A stretch of DNA of 64,000 nt from an uncultured Candidatus Saccharibacteria bacterium (lineage in GTDB: Bacteria > Patescibacteriota > Doudnabacteria > UBA920): the NCBI GenBank assembly GCA_964416765.1, contig CAYQEU010000001.1, forward strand, positions 1,675 to 65,674, in the 5' to 3' direction. The translations under genes and the position numbers were made by a program. Below, piece by piece: positions 10,401-17,484 of this stretch; positions within the stretch are counted from its first letter, which is position 1; each line of letters starts with the position of its first letter. The notes under the pieces were generated by a model. It did not search any database, had not been told where the DNA came from, and saw only the letters and a program-made list of their open reading frames with translations.

Positions 10401-11244
10401 CGGTGATGGTCAATTCGGTAGCACGGGAGGTGCTGGATCAGTCCGCGCCGGCGGCGGCGGTGGTGGACAAGGCGCGGGCAGTAACGGCGGCGCAGGAGCC
10501 CGTGGTGAGATTCGGATAACCTACACAGTCAGTGGCGGCTCGGGCGGAAGCTCAACGAGTGGAAATACAACTACATTTACTTCAACTGGCTCATGGACTG
10601 CGCCAGCAGGCGTAACCTCGGTTACCGTTGAAGCCTGGGGCGCGGGCGGTTCTTCAGCCAGTGGTTCCTCGGGCGGTGCCGGACGGGGCGGTGGCGGAGG
10701 AGGAGCATATTCGTCCGCTACTATTACCGTTACTCCTGGTAACCAGTATACGGTAACGGTTGGTACTGGCGGTGCTGGACGGTCATGCTGTAGTGTTTTG
10801 GGACAAGCTGGGGGAGATTCCTGGTTCGGAACTACCGGCACATTGTTGGCAAAAGGTGGCTCCGGCGGAGACTTTTCCGGTACTGGCGCCTCAGGCGGCG
10901 CTGCGGCAGCCGGTGTAGGAACAATTAAGTTCTCTGGCGGTGCCGGCGGAAACAGCGCTGACAACACAGCGTCCTTTGGTGGCGGTGGCGGTGGCGGAGC
11001 CGGTACAACCGCCAACGGCGGTAACGGCGGCAATTCTTCCGGTGTAAATACCGTAGGAGCTGCGGGAACAGGCGGCTCCCTTAACGGCGGTAATGGCGGA
11101 ATTGGCGGAACCGGGGCCGGTTCAGTAAGAGGCGGCGGCGGCGGAGGGGCAAATGGCGCAACCGACTCTGTTGCTGGCGGTCGTGGTGAAGTTAGGATTA
11201 CCATCAATGCCACCCAAGGCGGCGGCGGTGGGGGATCCCCATAA
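4489..11244 (+). CDS. Giant secreted/surface protein (2251 aa). It has an N-terminal signal/anchor, three copies of an extremely glycine-rich domain, many PATR-like Ser/Thr/Gly beta-strand repeats, and a central DUF2341-like plus LamG/concanavalin-like module.
   Basis: N-terminal hydrophobic segment RKTFTLVGVFLFCALLVF. Gly-rich domain consensus 'W.APAGVTSV.VEAWGGGG...GGGGGAYS...ITVTPG..YTVTVGTGG' occurs at about 4650-5260, 9886-10512 and 10567-11217. The DUF2341-like signature LRFVDADGTTALSYQIETWNTSGTSNIWVRVPQV...IYMYYNN is followed by a lectin-like beta-sandwich region. There are dozens of SGT/TGT-rich roughly 20-aa beta-solenoid repeats. Confidence 0.85.
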   Translation: MNISIGKVRPGFGTRKTFTLVGVFLFCALLVFNGFFPSSGGIKKAHAAPVTITFYSDDYWQVPAGVTSVTIDAWGGGGGGNSIGQGGYGGGGGGYAHGTVSVTPGNYYDIIVGQGGVAGEKNGGAGGPTYFGGGDVGATGGDGGQSGIGPGVGGNIFAGDFGYSGGQGGYGDQFFSLLGGGGGGGAGSSGAGSTGDDGINGGAGGAGGPSEGGQGGHGGDSRSDGEPGYSIGGGGGGSGDGSFPGDGAAGQLWVTYIPPLICTSITSGSGNWNSASTWTNCGGGTPGSNDTAVIEGTAQITVTASTTVNNLQFGDNSTPATNAVLKVNSGQTLTVSNTTTVFSASNNNVQATIQDGTGSGTVSGVYLDIGSPVIPGTGSHETKLISSISNFSLAGSTTMHGYSGVSRDNDPTLEIPSGTMTTTSLTTTLSASWVTATISMNTGAQTGTLKLTSNPAWSISGTGTTNLNLAGTGNTVEYSGTNASILNTTYKNLKVSGALGTTAQTATVAGAFTVTGSGSMSPSSGTMTFNNGASINNSGTLNFYNLSTSVFSSVSSSGSFGVASGGTFTIGGASTFTPAAGDVITGTSATITGSGTAKVTRTAATADFNTQYNFGTKTLTNLTVDYAGSGQSLSNLTYGGLKVSGSITGATATATVGTNFNVTGTFTPSAGTITMSGTSSITNSGTLTFINLIINTLASVTGNTSFGVSGTFTENSGASFAAASGTQTFNNGSSIVKNSTQLLQFNNLTVAASGTITANVDMSINSAVTVLSSGTWNATAGTVTMMDGSSISNAGTLSFQNLTIGAGGTTNVTANASYTVKGGWTISSNATLSSSSGTVTLTASGTPFVMSGSFSPSGTNTVKYASSTGATVTSNISYQNLDISPSSGTPTFSVGFSNLSVGGDLTLTGTVATTFNLNNIASYLDVNGNVSINSGNTLVAPPSSAIFYIGGNYTNSGTLNNNVGTIQFDAGTTGKTITTNNQFFNNLVFNNASGGWTYTPTLYMSGTLTVTAGTLSGTGNVETDGGNTTGNGTINITGGTFSQYAGGSFGGNTNWTFNDIQFGDDISEMHATGTGTITARSISSLYEWHAGSKTWIITGTGTPLTNNGTFFGENSTFQFTGSTVTVPVFAYNNLTLGGSGTYTMPASTLTLTGNLTVTNGATVTKGAGTVVFGGSTPQTITDNSGTKQDLGALQVSNTTQPWCNISSTVCNSSWLNRRKITFNNSASSANLTNFPVLVQLTSANIDYNKTKANGADLRFVDADGTTALSYQIETWNTSGTSNIWVRVPQVNNTTTDYIYMYYNNTGAVDSQAATSVWDSNFKGVWHLPDGGTLSTADSTSNANNGTNQGSTIAAAGKIGGGANFINSGSDLAISNISVSGVAYTISTWFNTPFGNAGSYTTLTRGAAGDHQVLIDPSNILGVFDSSTGFYSSGFNVTSLSSGWHHLTASATGSTTTFYIDGVSVGSSLFKSNTNISYLGNCGVCSGQRWGLADEMRVSTGIARDANWAKADYLSESNQMNTFGSEESSTAVGVALGSSIKATSVTVDATRVLSANGSNTLTLVGNGASVFVVNGTFVPSTGTVDFSSASTTGTTVPGTTFYNLTLNKASNNFTSGGSMTVGGTLTISAGTFTAPSGTLTLNGDLVNSGTFTHNSGTVVFAPTNASLSSTISGSSNITFNNVSDTTPGSSIIFKNGSTFIFSGTLTATGTAQNAVWLKSASPGSQWTVTFSSTPSLTNVSVQDGACNGGLTLAQNPSLHNEGRNGSCWGFIIYTGGGGASDGGSGNTGGESGGGGGSGGGTTISFTSSGSWTAPEGVTSVIVEAWGGGAGAGRGTTIGGSGGGGGAYSKKNSISVTAGTTYTVTVGTGGAGSTGGNAQAGGDSWFSTSGTILAKGGTAGADNGGAVGTGGAAGSGIGDVKFSGANGGTGSSIIGGGGGGGGGAGTGTNGNPGDDGVSGGGGGKGGALNGGAGGDGQFGSTGGAGSVRAGGGGGGQGAGSNGGAGARGEIRITYTVSGGSGGSSTSGNTTTFTSTGSWTAPAGVTSVTVEAWGAGGSSASGSSGGAGRGGGGGGAYSSATITVTPGNQYTVTVGTGGAGRSCCSVLGQAGGDSWFGTTGTLLAKGGSGGDFSGTGASGGAAAAGVGTIKFSGGAGGNSADNTASFGGGGGGGAGTTANGGNGGNSSGVNTVGAAGTGGSLNGGNGGIGGTGAGSVRGGGGGGANGATDSVAGGRGEVRITINATQGGGGGGSP
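9886..11217 (+). repeat. Intragenic tandem duplication (two copies of about 630 nt, at 9886-10512 and 10567-11217) encoding the glycine-rich domain. A third, more diverged copy lies at about 4650-5260.
   Basis: DNA- and protein-level similarity is visible, e.g. TSSGSWTAPEGVTSVIVEAWGGGAG versus TSTGSWTAPAGVTSVTVEAWGAGGS, and both copies end ...RGE(I/V)RIT. Confidence 0.8.
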
Positions 11245-11260
11245 CCTGTATAATGAAAAT

Positions 11261-11803
11261 ATGCTAGACGTAAAGCACAACGTAAACAATTCCAATAATA
11301 TACCCAGTTCACCCAAGCTCAGTCACGGGCTGAAGGTGAGAACGGTACGTCCAAACCCCACTACCCCAAAGTGGGTTTGGATTGTATTAGGAGCACTTGC
11401 TCTAGCGCTCGTAATATTAGGTATCTTATTCTGGCGGTCTCAGCATCAAGTAAATGAGTTACGGGACAGTTTGGACAGCAAAGTAAACGCTACAAAGATT
11501 GCTGAAGAAAACAAGGCTTTATTGGATAGGGTAGGGGCAGTCATTATCCTGCCCGACGATGAAACCCCAACCATCGCGACGGTAAGCGATTTAGATAAGC
11601 TTAAAGGACAGCCGTTTTTCGCTAAAGCGGAGCTTGGCGATAAGGTTTTAATATACGCCAAAGCCAAAAAAGCCATTTTATACCGACCTTCCACCAACAA
11701 AATAGTGGAATTGGCGCCTTTAACCGATAGCGGCGATCCAGGCACAATTTCCAACTCCAACGCAAGCTCTAACTTGGCCCCCGCAAACCAGGCCAGCCAA
11801 TAA
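11261..11803 (+). CDS. Hypothetical membrane-anchored protein (about 180 aa, single N-terminal TM).
   Basis: ATG at 11261 is the first in-frame Met after the giant gene stop; the ORF-track start at 11153 overlaps the giant gene. TM helix WVWIVLGALALALVILGILFW. Confidence 0.55.
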   Translation: MLDVKHNVNNSNNIPSSPKLSHGLKVRTVRPNPTTPKWVWIVLGALALALVILGILFWRSQHQVNELRDSLDSKVNATKIAEENKALLDRVGAVIILPDDETPTIATVSDLDKLKGQPFFAKAELGDKVLIYAKAKKAILYRPSTNKIVELAPLTDSGDPGTISNSNASSNLAPANQASQ

Positions 11804-11804
11804 T

Positions 11805-12986
11805 ATGCTAGCCAAACAGCCCTGGACACATCACCACGCGCACCGATTGTTCCATATTTCACTGGGGCTTTGCTTCGCGTTTATACTGGTCACAATTCTC
11901 ATGGGGCTCATGGTCGTGTGGCTCGGCCACGCGGATCCGCCGCCTGTTAGCCACGACGTATCGATTACCGCTACCGTTGCCGGTATAACTCCTGGACCCA
12001 TTGATAACGGGGGAGGCCCAGCTCCGGTACCGCCAAATCAAAACCCTACCATTACGATTGTGGCCGAGCCACAAGGGGTCATACCGCAGACCGGGGGAGT
12101 GTATGTTTTTGTGGACCGCATCCCGGCTTTTTCCGGGCATACTTCGGTTCCCGGCGGATTGATATTTATTTCGATTGCCGGACCACAGGTGCTTAACAGC
12201 AGTGCTATCGCTGATGGCCAGGGAAATTGGTATTGGCAGTCGCCGGCCAAGCTGGATTTGGGAAGCTACGCCATAACTGCCACGGTTTACAATCGCAATG
12301 ATTTTTCCAAGAGCGGCCACGTCACGGCGAATTTTGCCGTGGAAACCAATTTGCAAACAAACCAGCCGAATAACGGCAACCAAGGAACCCCAGGCAATAA
12401 TGGCCAGCCGGGCAAACCTGGCACCGGCCGTCCCGGCACTGGGGGAATCACCCTTCCTCCGGCACCAGGGACCTCGCGGCTGTTCGGTGTATTTTTTAAA
12501 GTTTTGCCCGAATATGAGCGGGTGCTGGCGGGGAACAAGGTTGTAGGTCAGCTCACGTTGGTTAATAAACTGAGCAATCAGGAAACGAACCAGGAAATCA
12601 GTTACAAAATCAGCGGGCCTGACGGCAAGGTGGTCATGGAATCCCAGGACAATATCACTTACAGCAAGGTCGCCAACTTCCTAAAAACTTTTTATACCGC
12701 CCCGGCAACGGCCCCAGGACGATACACTATAGTGGTTACGACATCATACAACGGTATTATTTCCACAGCGTCCGATACTTTCAATTTAGAGCAAGTATTC
12801 CCGGCAGCCCCGACCCAAAGGGAAATTAACGGTCCGGTTATTTTGTGGGGAGGCCTGGCAGGACTGCTCATGCTGTTCCTGTTCCTAGTCCTGGTGGCCT
12901 ATTACCAGGTACGACTGGTGAGCCGGCACATTAGGGAACACAACGAAAAATACCATAAAGAAGATGAAAATACACCGCCCCAATAG
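11805..12986 (+). CDS. Hypothetical membrane protein (393 aa) with N- and C-terminal TM segments and a short collagen-like Gly-X-Y stretch.
   Basis: Start is 1 nt after the upstream stop. TM segments ISLGLCFAFILVTILMGLMVVWL and VILWGGLAGLLMLFLFLVLVAYY. GNQGTPGNNGQPGKPGTGRPGTGG at about 12375-12450. Confidence 0.55.
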   Translation: MLAKQPWTHHHAHRLFHISLGLCFAFILVTILMGLMVVWLGHADPPPVSHDVSITATVAGITPGPIDNGGGPAPVPPNQNPTITIVAEPQGVIPQTGGVYVFVDRIPAFSGHTSVPGGLIFISIAGPQVLNSSAIADGQGNWYWQSPAKLDLGSYAITATVYNRNDFSKSGHVTANFAVETNLQTNQPNNGNQGTPGNNGQPGKPGTGRPGTGGITLPPAPGTSRLFGVFFKVLPEYERVLAGNKVVGQLTLVNKLSNQETNQEISYKISGPDGKVVMESQDNITYSKVANFLKTFYTAPATAPGRYTIVVTTSYNGIISTASDTFNLEQVFPAAPTQREINGPVILWGGLAGLLMLFLFLVLVAYYQVRLVSRHIREHNEKYHKEDENTPPQ

Positions 12987-13000
12987 GCGGTGTATTTGTC
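12971..13000 (+). terminator. Intrinsic terminator hairpin (9-bp stem TACACCGCC/GGCGGTGTA) overlapping the stop codon, followed by a T-rich run.
   Basis: Perfect inverted repeat with a 6-nt loop, and TAG at 12984-12986 inside the loop/stem. Confidence 0.55.
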
Positions 13001-13015
13001 TTATATAAGCCAAAT

Positions 13016-13762
13016 TTAGGTAAAAAAGCTGTGGCGGATGGCTTCGGTGTGGCGCATGAATGCTTCTCCCTGTTCTCGTCGCGGGCGGGCTAAATCCACG
13101 GGAAAAGTTTGGATTTCTTTGCCGGCCTTCATGAGCATGATGCGGTCCGCCAGTGCCACGGCTTCTTCCACCAGGTGGGATACCATGATTATAGTAATGC
13201 CGGTTTGTTTCCAAATTTGCAGCAAGTCTTTGTGCAGTTCCTCGGTAGTCACAATATCCAAAGCGGAAAACGGCTCATCAAGAAGTAATAGTTTTGGGTT
13301 TACCGCGAGCGCGCGGGCTATACCGACGCGCTGTCTTTGCCCGCCGGACAAGTCACGGGGGTATTTTTGTTCCAGCCCCTTGAGCCCGGTCATGCTGAGC
13401 AGTTTATTCGTTGTCGAAACCACGAGTTGTTCTGGGGCGTGCCGGGCGCGCAGGCCAAACGCTGCGTTGTCGAAAACATTCAACCACGGAAGTAATGCCC
13501 CCGCTTGGAATACCATGCTGACGCTGGTGGGCTTTGTGGCCTGTCCCTGGTCCGGGGTTTCCAGCCCGGCAATAATCTTCAAGACAGTAGACTTGCCGCA
13601 GCCGGACGGTCCGACCATGGCAAAGAACTCTCCTTCGTTGACGTGGAAGCTGAGGTTACTAACGGCGACTTCGGTCCCAAAACTTTTTGATACGCCGTCA
13701 AAAGCAACTATGTTATTCGAATTTGAATTTTTCTGCATAGTGTAATAGTCTTTGCCAAACAA
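13016..13762 (-). CDS. ABC transporter ATP-binding protein, nitrate/sulfonate/taurine (NitT/TauT)-type.
   Basis: Walker A GPSGCGKST, ABC signature LSGGQRQRVGIARAL, Walker B LLLLDEPFSALD. Confidence 0.9.
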   Translation of the reverse strand: MFGKDYYTMQKNSNSNNIVAFDGVSKSFGTEVAVSNLSFHVNEGEFFAMVGPSGCGKSTVLKIIAGLETPDQGQATKPTSVSMVFQAGALLPWLNVFDNAAFGLRARHAPEQLVVSTTNKLLSMTGLKGLEQKYPRDLSGGQRQRVGIARALAVNPKLLLLDEPFSALDIVTTEELHKDLLQIWKQTGITIIMVSHLVEEAVALADRIMLMKAGKEIQTFPVDLARPRREQGEAFMRHTEAIRHSFFT

Positions 13763-14540
13763 ATAAGTTGAGTAAGCCTACAGCGGCAACCAACACGCTC
13801 AAGACCAGAACAAAATTGTGGCGCTGGCCGGCGCTGGCGGTGTAAACTAACAGGCTGCCGAGGCCGAACAGGTCGTGGGACAGGCTGCCACCGGGAATGT
13901 AAGTATGGAGCACTTCAGCCACAATAATGATGTTCCAGCCGCTGGCCCAGGCCAGGATGGAACCGGTGACCGCGTATGGGAAGGCGGCGGGCAGTACGAC
14001 CTTGGCCAGGCGCTGCCAGTGACTCAAGCGGAACACTTGGGCGACAGAAAGGATGTCTTGGGGAATTGACCCAAGTCCGGAAACCAAACTGAACACCAAG
14101 CTCCAGGTCATGGTAATGACCAAAATAAAAATTGCCGCCCAGTTGTCGAGACCGTAGTGGATGAAAGTAATAATGATGACCGGGAAAAACGCCAATACGG
14201 GAACTGATTCTAAAATATCAAACAACGGAAGTAAAAGTTTTTCCACCCACGGGCGGGAAACAATTAGCAGTGCGATGGGCAATGCCAGCATGCACGCAAT
14301 GAGGTAAGCCAAAAACAATCGGGCTGAGGTGAGTAATAGGGCTAGCGCGACCATATGAAAATTAATGTCCGGCTGTTGAGCAATGCCATTGTCTCCAAAC
14401 CAGGCTAGAGCAAAAAACGCCGCAATTATAAGCAAAATTGGCACGATGACAAAAGAATAGAACCGCTGTTGGTTGGAAGCGGCGAAGGAGTAGCTTATAT
14501 GTCCGTGGTAGCGGTGGATATGGCGAGGCTTAGCTCTCAT
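13713..14540 (-). CDS. ABC transporter permease (NitT/TauT family, SsuC/TauC-like).
   Basis: Six predicted TM segments and the family-typical loop ...SVAQVFRLSHWQRLAKVVLPAAFPYAVTG... It overlaps the ATPase gene start (translationally coupled). Confidence 0.85.
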   Translation of the reverse strand: MRAKPRHIHRYHGHISYSFAASNQQRFYSFVIVPILLIIAAFFALAWFGDNGIAQQPDINFHMVALALLLTSARLFLAYLIACMLALPIALLIVSRPWVEKLLLPLFDILESVPVLAFFPVIIITFIHYGLDNWAAIFILVITMTWSLVFSLVSGLGSIPQDILSVAQVFRLSHWQRLAKVVLPAAFPYAVTGSILAWASGWNIIIVAEVLHTYIPGGSLSHDLFGLGSLLVYTASAGQRHNFVLVLSVLVAAVGLLNLFVWQRLLHYAEKFKFE

Positions 14541-14608
14541 ATCTCAATTATACTATAATAAACCTTGCCTTCATAAATTCTTCACCTTTGGAAGACTAAA
14601 GTAAAAGC

Positions 14609-15271
14609 ATGAAAATACTTGTCGTCGAAGACGAACCAAAATTGAATAAAGGGATTAGTGACGGGTTGGTCGCCCGGGGCTTTGCCGTTGACTCCGCCTT
14701 TGACGGTGAAGAGGGAGAAAAGATGGCGCGGTGGAATGAATACGACTTAATTATTCTGGATGTAATGATGCCGAAGAAAGACGGGTTTGAAGTTTGTCGG
14801 AGCCTGCGAGAGAAAGGTACTACTACTCCAATTATTATGCTGACCGCCAAAGATGCTGTTCGCGACCGGGTCATGGGCCTGAATGACGGCGCGGACGACT
14901 ACCTGGTTAAACCGTTTGCGTTTGAAGAATTAGTGGCCCGTATCCGTTCTTTGCTGCGCCGCCCTGCTTTGTCGGAAAATGATGTTCTTGAATTGGACGA
15001 ACTAAAGTTGGACACGCGCGCGCAAAAAGTGACCGTGGAGCAGAAAGAAATTGGATTGACCATGCGCGAGTACGGGCTGTTGGAATATTTATTGCGCCGC
15101 CGCGGGGAAGTGCTAACCCGTGATGACTTGCTCGAACATGTCTGGGATAGGTTCCACAATACATTAAGCAACGTGGTGGATGTCCATTTGAAAAACTTAA
15201 GAAAGAAATTACCTGGAGATTATGCCCGAAGAATCGAAACCGTTTGGGGTAAGGGTTACCGACTCATTTAG
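14609..15271 (+). CDS. OmpR-family two-component response regulator (receiver plus winged-helix).
   Basis: MKILVVEDEP...LIILDVMMPKKDGFEV receiver motifs with the phospho-acceptor Asp, and a C-terminal VWGKGYRLI winged-helix end. Confidence 0.9.
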   Translation: MKILVVEDEPKLNKGISDGLVARGFAVDSAFDGEEGEKMARWNEYDLIILDVMMPKKDGFEVCRSLREKGTTTPIIMLTAKDAVRDRVMGLNDGADDYLVKPFAFEELVARIRSLLRRPALSENDVLELDELKLDTRAQKVTVEQKEIGLTMREYGLLEYLLRRRGEVLTRDDLLEHVWDRFHNTLSNVVDVHLKNLRKKLPGDYARRIETVWGKGYRLI

Positions 15272-16265
15272 CCGTCGGTTCCAATTTTCCCTGTGGAAGT
15301 TAACAGCGGTGTATGTTGTTATTTTGGCAATCATACTGTTTTTATCGAGCTTCATAATTTACTCCGCTTTCTCCAGCCAGCTGGTGCACCGGTTTAGGGA
15401 TGTCCACCCAATCCCCGAGGAATATCTGAATGTCATAGCGCCGGCCCCCAGCGCAGACGACGTGCGCGCCGACCTTATAAACTCACTTATTTTAGTAAAC
15501 GGCTTTCTTTTGGTAATCGCCGGCTTTTCCAGTTATTGGTTGGCCAAGTTGACTCTATCTCCCATAAACGAAGCTTACGAAAAACAGCGTGCCTTTTTAA
15601 GTGATGCGTCGCATGAATTGCGTACACCCCTGGCCATCCTGAAAACTGACCTAGAAAACGAGGTGGCTGCTCCGGACGTAAGCCCGGCTTCGAAAGCACG
15701 AGCTGAAAGCAATCTGGAAGAAGTGGACCGTATGGGACGACTGGTTTCTGACCTGCTATTACTGGCTAATTCAGACGAAGATGGCTTAAATAAGGATAAA
15801 AACGTCCAAAAGGTGGACCTGACAGTTTTAGCTCGGCAGGTTTTAGGAAGGATGGAGCGGCTTGCTGTCGAGCACCAAGTTACCCTTCGTTCTTCACCCG
15901 AAAACATCGCTCTTGAAATCATAACCAACGAGGAATTACTGCAGCGGGTATTAACGAACTTAGTAAAAAATGGGATTTTGTACAATCGGCCAAACGGCAG
16001 CGTAACCATTAACATGGCGGAATCCGGCAGTTCGGTAATCATTAATATTGTAGACACCGGAATGGGAATTAGTCCTGCGGATTTGCCCAGGATTTTTAAC
16101 CGGTTTTACCGTTCCGATAAAAGCCGTTCCCGCGCCACGGGAGGAAGTGGCCTGGGATTGGCCATTGTACGTTCCTCGGTGGAACAACTCGGCGGCAGTG
16201 TCACGGCAAAAAGTGAGCTGGAAAAGGGGAGCAGCTTTACTATTAAGCTTCCCAAAAGAATTTAA
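15222..16265 (+). CDS. Sensor histidine kinase (two TM segments, HisKA, HATPase_c).
   Basis: H-box LSDASHELRTPLAIL, G-boxes DTGMGIS and GGSGLGLAIV. It overlaps the regulator gene by 50 nt, and ATG at 15222 is the only in-frame start. Confidence 0.85.
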   Translation: MPEESKPFGVRVTDSFSRRFQFSLWKLTAVYVVILAIILFLSSFIIYSAFSSQLVHRFRDVHPIPEEYLNVIAPAPSADDVRADLINSLILVNGFLLVIAGFSSYWLAKLTLSPINEAYEKQRAFLSDASHELRTPLAILKTDLENEVAAPDVSPASKARAESNLEEVDRMGRLVSDLLLLANSDEDGLNKDKNVQKVDLTVLARQVLGRMERLAVEHQVTLRSSPENIALEIITNEELLQRVLTNLVKNGILYNRPNGSVTINMAESGSSVIINIVDTGMGISPADLPRIFNRFYRSDKSRSRATGGSGLGLAIVRSSVEQLGGSVTAKSELEKGSSFTIKLPKRI

Positions 16266-16413
16266 AATCTCTTCACTATTTCTTCATTGCCCATTTGTTA
16301 ACCTATAAACACGATCAAGGAATTCATTGGTCGGAGGGAAGAAATAAAAATTAACTGGCGCCCGCGAATCTCGCGTAAGCAATGATAACGCGGACGTAAA
16401 AGGAGAAATTTTA

Positions 16414-16920
16414 TTGAACAGACCAAGTAAATCACAAATTGTTGGGGCTATCGCCATAGCGACTGGCTTGGCGCTCGCGGGAACCGGGGTAATCCACGCG
16501 GCCAACACTAGCACAGCGCAAACCAGCAACCCGATGAGCGGCTTAGTAAACGCCATCGCCCAGAAGTTTAATCTTAACGCCGGTGACGTGCAACAAGTTT
16601 TTGACCAACAGCGCGCCCAAATGGACGCCCAACACCAACAAGACTTTGAAGCCCGCGTTGCCCAAGGCGTGAAAGATGGAAAGATAACGCAAGACCAAGC
16701 TGACCAAATTATCGCCAAGGCTAAGGAGCTACAAGCGTCCCGCCAAAGCGAACAAGCCAGCTCAGCGAAGCAAACCGAAGCGGAACGCGACGCCGCCAGG
16801 AAGGCTCAAATGGACTCGTTAAAGCAATGGGCGACCCAAAATAACATACCAAAAGAATTTATGTTATTCGGAGGGATGGGTCACGGCGGACCGGGACATC
16901 ATGCCAAACCTAACAACTAA
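16414..16920 (+). CDS. Secreted Gln/Ala-rich hypothetical protein (168 aa), possibly a periplasmic stress or chaperone-like protein.
   Basis: TTG start preceded by AAAGGAGAAA at 8-nt spacing. Signal peptide IVGAIAIATGLALAGTGVIHA, then Q/A/D-rich helical repeats. It sits immediately downstream of the two-component pair. Confidence 0.6.
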   Translation: MNRPSKSQIVGAIAIATGLALAGTGVIHAANTSTAQTSNPMSGLVNAIAQKFNLNAGDVQQVFDQQRAQMDAQHQQDFEARVAQGVKDGKITQDQADQIIAKAKELQASRQSEQASSAKQTEAERDAARKAQMDSLKQWATQNNIPKEFMLFGGMGHGGPGHHAKPNN

Positions 16921-16940
16921 ATTATCTAGCGTACAAGATC

Positions 16941-16969
16941 AAAAAAACCACCTAATCGGTGGTTTTTTT
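16941..16969. terminator. Bidirectional intrinsic terminator AAAAAAACCACC-TAATC-GGTGGTTTTTTT.
   Basis: Perfect stem flanked by an A-run and a T-run. It serves the plus-strand gene ending at 16920 and the minus-strand sodC, whose stop codon (TAG, 16952-16954) lies in the loop. Confidence 0.8.
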
Positions 16970-17467
16970 GATAATTCCGCAGGCGATGCGCGGACCTCCG
17001 CTTATGCCGGAGCCGTGTTCACCGCCTTGGTAAGGGTCGGGATTTCCGTGAATCATGAGGGAAGTACCTTCCCCGGCGAGGATGGAAGCGGCGCCATCGG
17101 AAAGGGTTACACGCGTGGTAATGGCTTCCAGGGTTCCCTTACCCTCTGAGCCGATTTCTATATTGGGTAAGTCACCAGCGTGGAAGGGATGGTTAACGTC
17201 GGGGTCGGAGTTTCCTGCCGGACCTGGATCAAAATGGCCGCCAGCGCATTTAAAGCTGTCGCCGCAATCCGCCTTTTCATGGATGTGGACGGCATGCATG
17301 CCTGGCTTCAACTTTTCCGGGTCGCCTTCCAATTGCAGGATAAGTTTAACCAGAGTTTGGGTACCGAATTGGTACTCCGTGAATACGGCATTCCCTTTGA
17401 TCCCGTCGCCTTCCAGCAATGCTTCGGCTTTCATGATTTCTTTAGGTTCGGATGAAAATAGTTCCAT
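16952..17467 (-). CDS. sodC: Cu/Zn superoxide dismutase (SodC family), apparently cytoplasmic with no signal peptide.
   Basis: HAVHIHE, GGHFDP, HPFHAGDLPN, LMIHGNPD and GGPRIACGII metal-ligand and fold motifs are present. The start is uncertain: ATGs at 17524, 17467 and 17434 are all in frame, and 17467 leaves a 17-nt gap to the upstream gene. Confidence 0.85.
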   Translation of the reverse strand: MELFSSEPKEIMKAEALLEGDGIKGNAVFTEYQFGTQTLVKLILQLEGDPEKLKPGMHAVHIHEKADCGDSFKCAGGHFDPGPAGNSDPDVNHPFHAGDLPNIEIGSEGKGTLEAITTRVTLSDGAASILAGEGTSLMIHGNPDPYQGGEHGSGISGGPRIACGIIKKTTD

Positions 17468-17484
17468 AGTTTTTGTGATGTTAA

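Noticed and set aside
9801-11316. Minus-strand ORFs encoding Pro/Ala-rich proteins (9801..10373, 10521..11312, 11122..11316).
   Set aside because: They are the reverse complement of the GGC/GGT-rich glycine codon tracts of giant gene 2. Pro/Ala runs are the expected mirror-image artifact, and they lie entirely inside a well-supported plus-strand gene.
13038-13745. 235-aa plus-strand ORF antisense to the ABC ATPase gene.
   Set aside because: The ABC ATPase on the minus strand has unmistakable Walker/signature motifs. The antisense ORF is Ser/Cys/Arg-rich with no motifs.
16284-16718. 144-aa minus-strand ORF overlapping the 16414..16920 secreted-protein gene.
   Set aside because: It is Trp/Cys-rich nonsense with no RBS. 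The plus-strand gene has a strong RBS, a signal peptide and a terminator.
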